The translations under genes and the position numbers were made by a program. Under the pieces are notes generated by a model. It was not told where the DNA came from, ran no database searches, and saw only the letters and a program-made list of their open reading frames with translations. From Elusimicrobiota bacterium (GTDB lineage: Bacteria; Elusimicrobiota; Elusimicrobia; UBA1565; UBA9628): 64,000 bases of DNA. Shown in pieces: positions 61,274 to 64,000 of this stretch (the first letter of the stretch is position 1; the number at the start of each line of letters is the position of its first letter). The stretch is from the NCBI GenBank assembly GCA_033875325.1, contig JANRKA010000071.1:73371-137370 (forward strand). The letters run 5' to 3'.

Positions 61274-61963
61274 CTAGGAGTTGGCGTCTTCTGGACTACG
61301 AAAGCGCAGAGACTTGATGGCGAGAACGCACTCGATCCAAGCGTCGAATACGGCTCGTGTTACGCTCGAATTGCTCATCTTGTCAGTGATGTAGCGGAGG
61401 TACTCCTCAAGCGTTCCCAGCGGCGGGAAGGCGGGGTCGCGCGTGATATCCTTGGCGAGATCTCCAGTCGGATCATCTCGATGTTGTTGGCCGAGCAGCC
61501 AGGCTCGGAGAGGAATGGGTTGAGCAATCGGCAAGCTGATGATTTCTCGGAGCTTGTCGCTGATCAGGTCCGAGACGACTCTGGCAGCAAGCTCTTCCTG
61601 TGGGGTCCTTTCGACCTCCGGTTGCTCCGTGCCCGTTCGGGCGTCAGCCATGGCGATCCAGAAGCGCTCGCCCGCTGAGCTGAGTGGCGAGTCTTTCATG
61701 TGGCTCAGCAACGCGAGTGCCGCCTCTCGCTCAAACCATTCGCTGCGGACCCGATGAGGAGTAAGCAATTCATGGATTGCCCGCTCGACTACCGGCCCCG
61801 CGTCGACCATCCCGAGAACAACATACTCTTCTGCCGAGCCGGTTTGCAGCTGAGCACGGCGCTTCTCAGCGTCTCGATTGGCGGTATAGCCGATCTTTAC
61901 CGGGCCCGTGTCTTTGGGTCCGATGAAGTAGACGACGCCATAGCTTTCGCTTTGAATTCCCAT
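61274..61963 (-). CDS. T5orf172 / MUG113 (GIY-YIG-like) domain protein
   Basis: YGVVYFIGPKDTGPVKIGYTANRDAEKRRAQLQTGS...ERAIHELLTPHRVRSEWFE. Its ATG shares one base with the stop of the upstream gene (TAATG). Confidence 0.65.
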   Translation of the reverse strand: MGIQSESYGVVYFIGPKDTGPVKIGYTANRDAEKRRAQLQTGSAEEYVVLGMVDAGPVVERAIHELLTPHRVRSEWFEREAALALLSHMKDSPLSSAGERFWIAMADARTGTEQPEVERTPQEELAARVVSDLISDKLREIISLPIAQPIPLRAWLLGQQHRDDPTGDLAKDITRDPAFPPLGTLEEYLRYITDKMSNSSVTRAVFDAWIECVLAIKSLRFRSPEDANS

Positions 61964-63642
61964 TAGGCGTTTCCTCGCGTTCCTTTCGTAGCCGCCGTCT
62001 TGATGCCCTCAAGGATATCGTGACATGCGACCCGGAGCCGTGATTGCTCAACTTCCGGCCATAGATGTTCAGGTCTAAAGTGAGCGCTGTCCGTCCGGCC
62101 TTTCACGATAACGTCCATGAGCTCAATAAATCGCTTTCGTGGAAGCGAGAAGTGTATCTGGAAGATTGACCATTCAGCGGAAACAAGGTCGCGCAAATCC
62201 TTGAGATACAAGAAATGGATGATTTCGCTCTGATCCATAACGTGCCTGTCGGCCATTCGCTTGGCGGCATCGTTGAATGCTTCGGCGGGCATCTTTTCTT
62301 TGATGAAACCTATCCACGCGTCCTTGAAGCGGGCCTGGGCTTCGTCGCGGATGATCTTGCGAAATGCCGTTTCGACTTTGCCGACGGTTTTGTGCGGATC
62401 TGGGCGACCACCAGCTGCATCCCATTCCTGAGCGTGTTTCTTGGCGTTGCCCAAGACGCCTGAAAACCACGCCTTCAATTGTCGCTTCACGTTTTCAAGA
62501 GAGAGCGTGGCGGTTTCGATGAAAAGTTTTTCCTGCGCAGTGAGTTCGAAATGGAGTGTTCCGATTCGTAGACGCTCGTTCTCAATCGTCTCATCGACCT
62601 CGCTGAGACGTTCTTTAACCCAATCGTCGTACATCCCGAGATCTTCGCCGAATTCTATTCGAATCAATTGAAGCAGAGGCTCTGAAAACGTTGGGCCGCC
62701 CAGTTGCTCAAGGCATGCGCCAATCCGCGCCTTCAAATTAACGATGAACCGCATTAAAGGATCGGGTGTGTAGCCGCCTTCCGCCGTTATGTAATGGGTT
62801 AAATACGCGCGGTACACTTCCCAATATTTTCCGAGGAGAAAGAAAAATCTGTTTCGTGACTTGTATTCGGGAAGTCCAGCGGGTGAAGGAATCTGGAAAT
62901 CGAAAATCATCACTTCGTGGAGTGCCTTTACGGCATCCTGCAAGGCCTTCGGGCAGAGCTCTTGAGCGCGCGCATGAGCCTCACTCTCCGAGCAACCTAA
63001 TTGTTTTTGGAGCGCGAGCATCGCGGTTAACATAGGGCCGAGTAGGGCAGCCATGTATTCATCGCTTTCTGGCGTTGCCTTAGCTCGTCGGAAATTTCCT
63101 AGCGCGTCCTCTTGCTTCGCGGAAGCAAGGGAACTTTCTAGCTCTTGCGTAAAGAGCTCTAATAGTTGAGTCGGCCCGGGCTTTGCTAAGTCCTGCGGAT
63201 ACATGCCGCCGTGGAGTTTCAAAGACCAGAGACCGCTTGCAGCGGTAAGCACCCAGGCGGAGTGCCCCGACGTCGTGAATCCTAATGTGTCTTGAGAGTC
63301 TGGCGCCTCCCTTTTTTCTTCAGCGGACCACTCTTCGAGCTGTGCGAGCCCGTGATGGGTGATCTTCATTTCGAAGTTCGCGTGGTAGAAAAACCATCGC
63401 TCCATTTCTGGGCCGGGTTCGAAATCGACGAACCCGCGTTTGTCGTCCCATTTATGCAGCGCGATAGCTTTCTGATCGAACAAGATTAGAATGGCGGCCT
63501 GTATGTCCTCGAATTCGAGCTTCCAGGTGTTGGAAAAATCAGGAATTCTGAAGGCTAGGAATCGCCCCTTGTTCCCCTGGCTCGCGAGGAGCTGAAGGAC
63601 TTTGTGTTTGGCGGCATTAATCTGCGGGGGCGTGGATGTCAT
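61963..63642 (-). CDS. large hypothetical protein with C-terminal Swt1-like HEPN domain
   Basis: 559 aa in a visibly lower-G+C stretch. C-terminus VETAFRKIIRDEA...LYLKDLRDLVSAEWSIFQ...FIELMDVIVKGRTDSAHF contains an R-x4-H HEPN motif. Confidence 0.55.
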   Translation of the reverse strand: MTSTPPQINAAKHKVLQLLASQGNKGRFLAFRIPDFSNTWKLEFEDIQAAILILFDQKAIALHKWDDKRGFVDFEPGPEMERWFFYHANFEMKITHHGLAQLEEWSAEEKREAPDSQDTLGFTTSGHSAWVLTAASGLWSLKLHGGMYPQDLAKPGPTQLLELFTQELESSLASAKQEDALGNFRRAKATPESDEYMAALLGPMLTAMLALQKQLGCSESEAHARAQELCPKALQDAVKALHEVMIFDFQIPSPAGLPEYKSRNRFFFLLGKYWEVYRAYLTHYITAEGGYTPDPLMRFIVNLKARIGACLEQLGGPTFSEPLLQLIRIEFGEDLGMYDDWVKERLSEVDETIENERLRIGTLHFELTAQEKLFIETATLSLENVKRQLKAWFSGVLGNAKKHAQEWDAAGGRPDPHKTVGKVETAFRKIIRDEAQARFKDAWIGFIKEKMPAEAFNDAAKRMADRHVMDQSEIIHFLYLKDLRDLVSAEWSIFQIHFSLPRKRFIELMDVIVKGRTDSAHFRPEHLWPEVEQSRLRVACHDILEGIKTAATKGTRGNA

Positions 63643-63740
63643 GGCTTTACGCGATGCGGCGTGCGCCTGGGGTAATTTTACTATAACCCCAGATACAGCC
63701 TTTCTGATGCGTTGAAGGCTTTACATTGGGTGGGGGCGGC

Positions 63741-64000
63741 ATGACTGACCAGGAATTCGTCGAAGACCGTCGCCGCGCTCTATCGGAATCCGTTGAGTAT
63801 TTCTCTGCGAAGAACAAGATCGAGCGGGAACTCTGGGTTTGCGTCGAGTTCCTGAAGAACCTGGGCGTACGCTTTGAGGATAAAGAAGCGCGGCCATGGA
63901 GCGACGAGCCTCCAGACGTCGTGTTTCGCGACGCTCGGTTCGAAATCAAGGAGATTCTAGACCCAGGCCGCCGCCGGCACGCCGAGTATAAGCTGGACTT
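63741..64000 (+). CDS. partial ORF (runs off the window) with PD-(D/E)XK-like motif
   Basis: Not in the supplied track. ATG 63741, with no stop to base 64000 when I read the codons. MTDQEFVEDRRRAL...PPDVVFRDARFEIKEIL fits D...E-x-K. Confidence 0.4.
   Translation, partial: MTDQEFVEDRRRALSESVEYFSAKNKIERELWVCVEFLKNLGVRFEDKEARPWSDEPPDVVFRDARFEIKEILDPGRRRHAEYKLD

Overview
High-G+C bacterial DNA (by eye above 60% over most of the window), from a diderm organism I cannot place taxonomically.

Left to right:
(i) 1-18.2 kb: regulators (ECF sigma factor, dual-receiver OmpR-type regulator), then a tightly coupled operon for two giant secreted repeat proteins, a HEAT-repeat protein and a PorV/UPF0164-like outer-membrane barrel.
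(ii) 18.2-26.9 kb: a minus-strand cluster that looks like an uncharacterised RiPP / peptide-signalling locus. It holds a B12-radical-SAM maturase, two micro-ORFs of 46 and 48 codons each followed by a strong hairpin, an MFS exporter, a peptide-type SBP, a short YcaO and a hybrid histidine kinase. Two inward-facing copies of a ~130-nt structured RNA-like leader with compensatory stem changes bracket its left (peptide B-SBP-YcaO-kinase) half.
(iii) 26.9-29.9 kb: a translationally coupled module pairing an NtrC-type activator with a compact sigma-54 paralogue.
(iv) ~30.9-48.8 kb: the core of an integrative conjugative element (ICE). It has an RHH protein, a palindromic oriT-like region plus a T-depleted purine tract, a relaxation-like protein, a coupling protein, VirB2/3/4/5/6/8/10-like genes, SSB, an excisionase and a tyrosine integrase. 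Unusually, a T9SS-type-CTD adhesin and a PorV-like/TPR outer-membrane protein sit inside the transfer operon.
(v) 48.8-64 kb: a defence island with an AbiE toxin-antitoxin pair, Wadjet JetABCD, Gabija GajAB, an HNH-finger protein, a T5orf172 + Swt1-like-HEPN gene pair and a partial PD-(D/E)XK gene.

I saw no rRNA, tRNA or CRISPR array. All family names come from motif recognition by eye; no database search was run.
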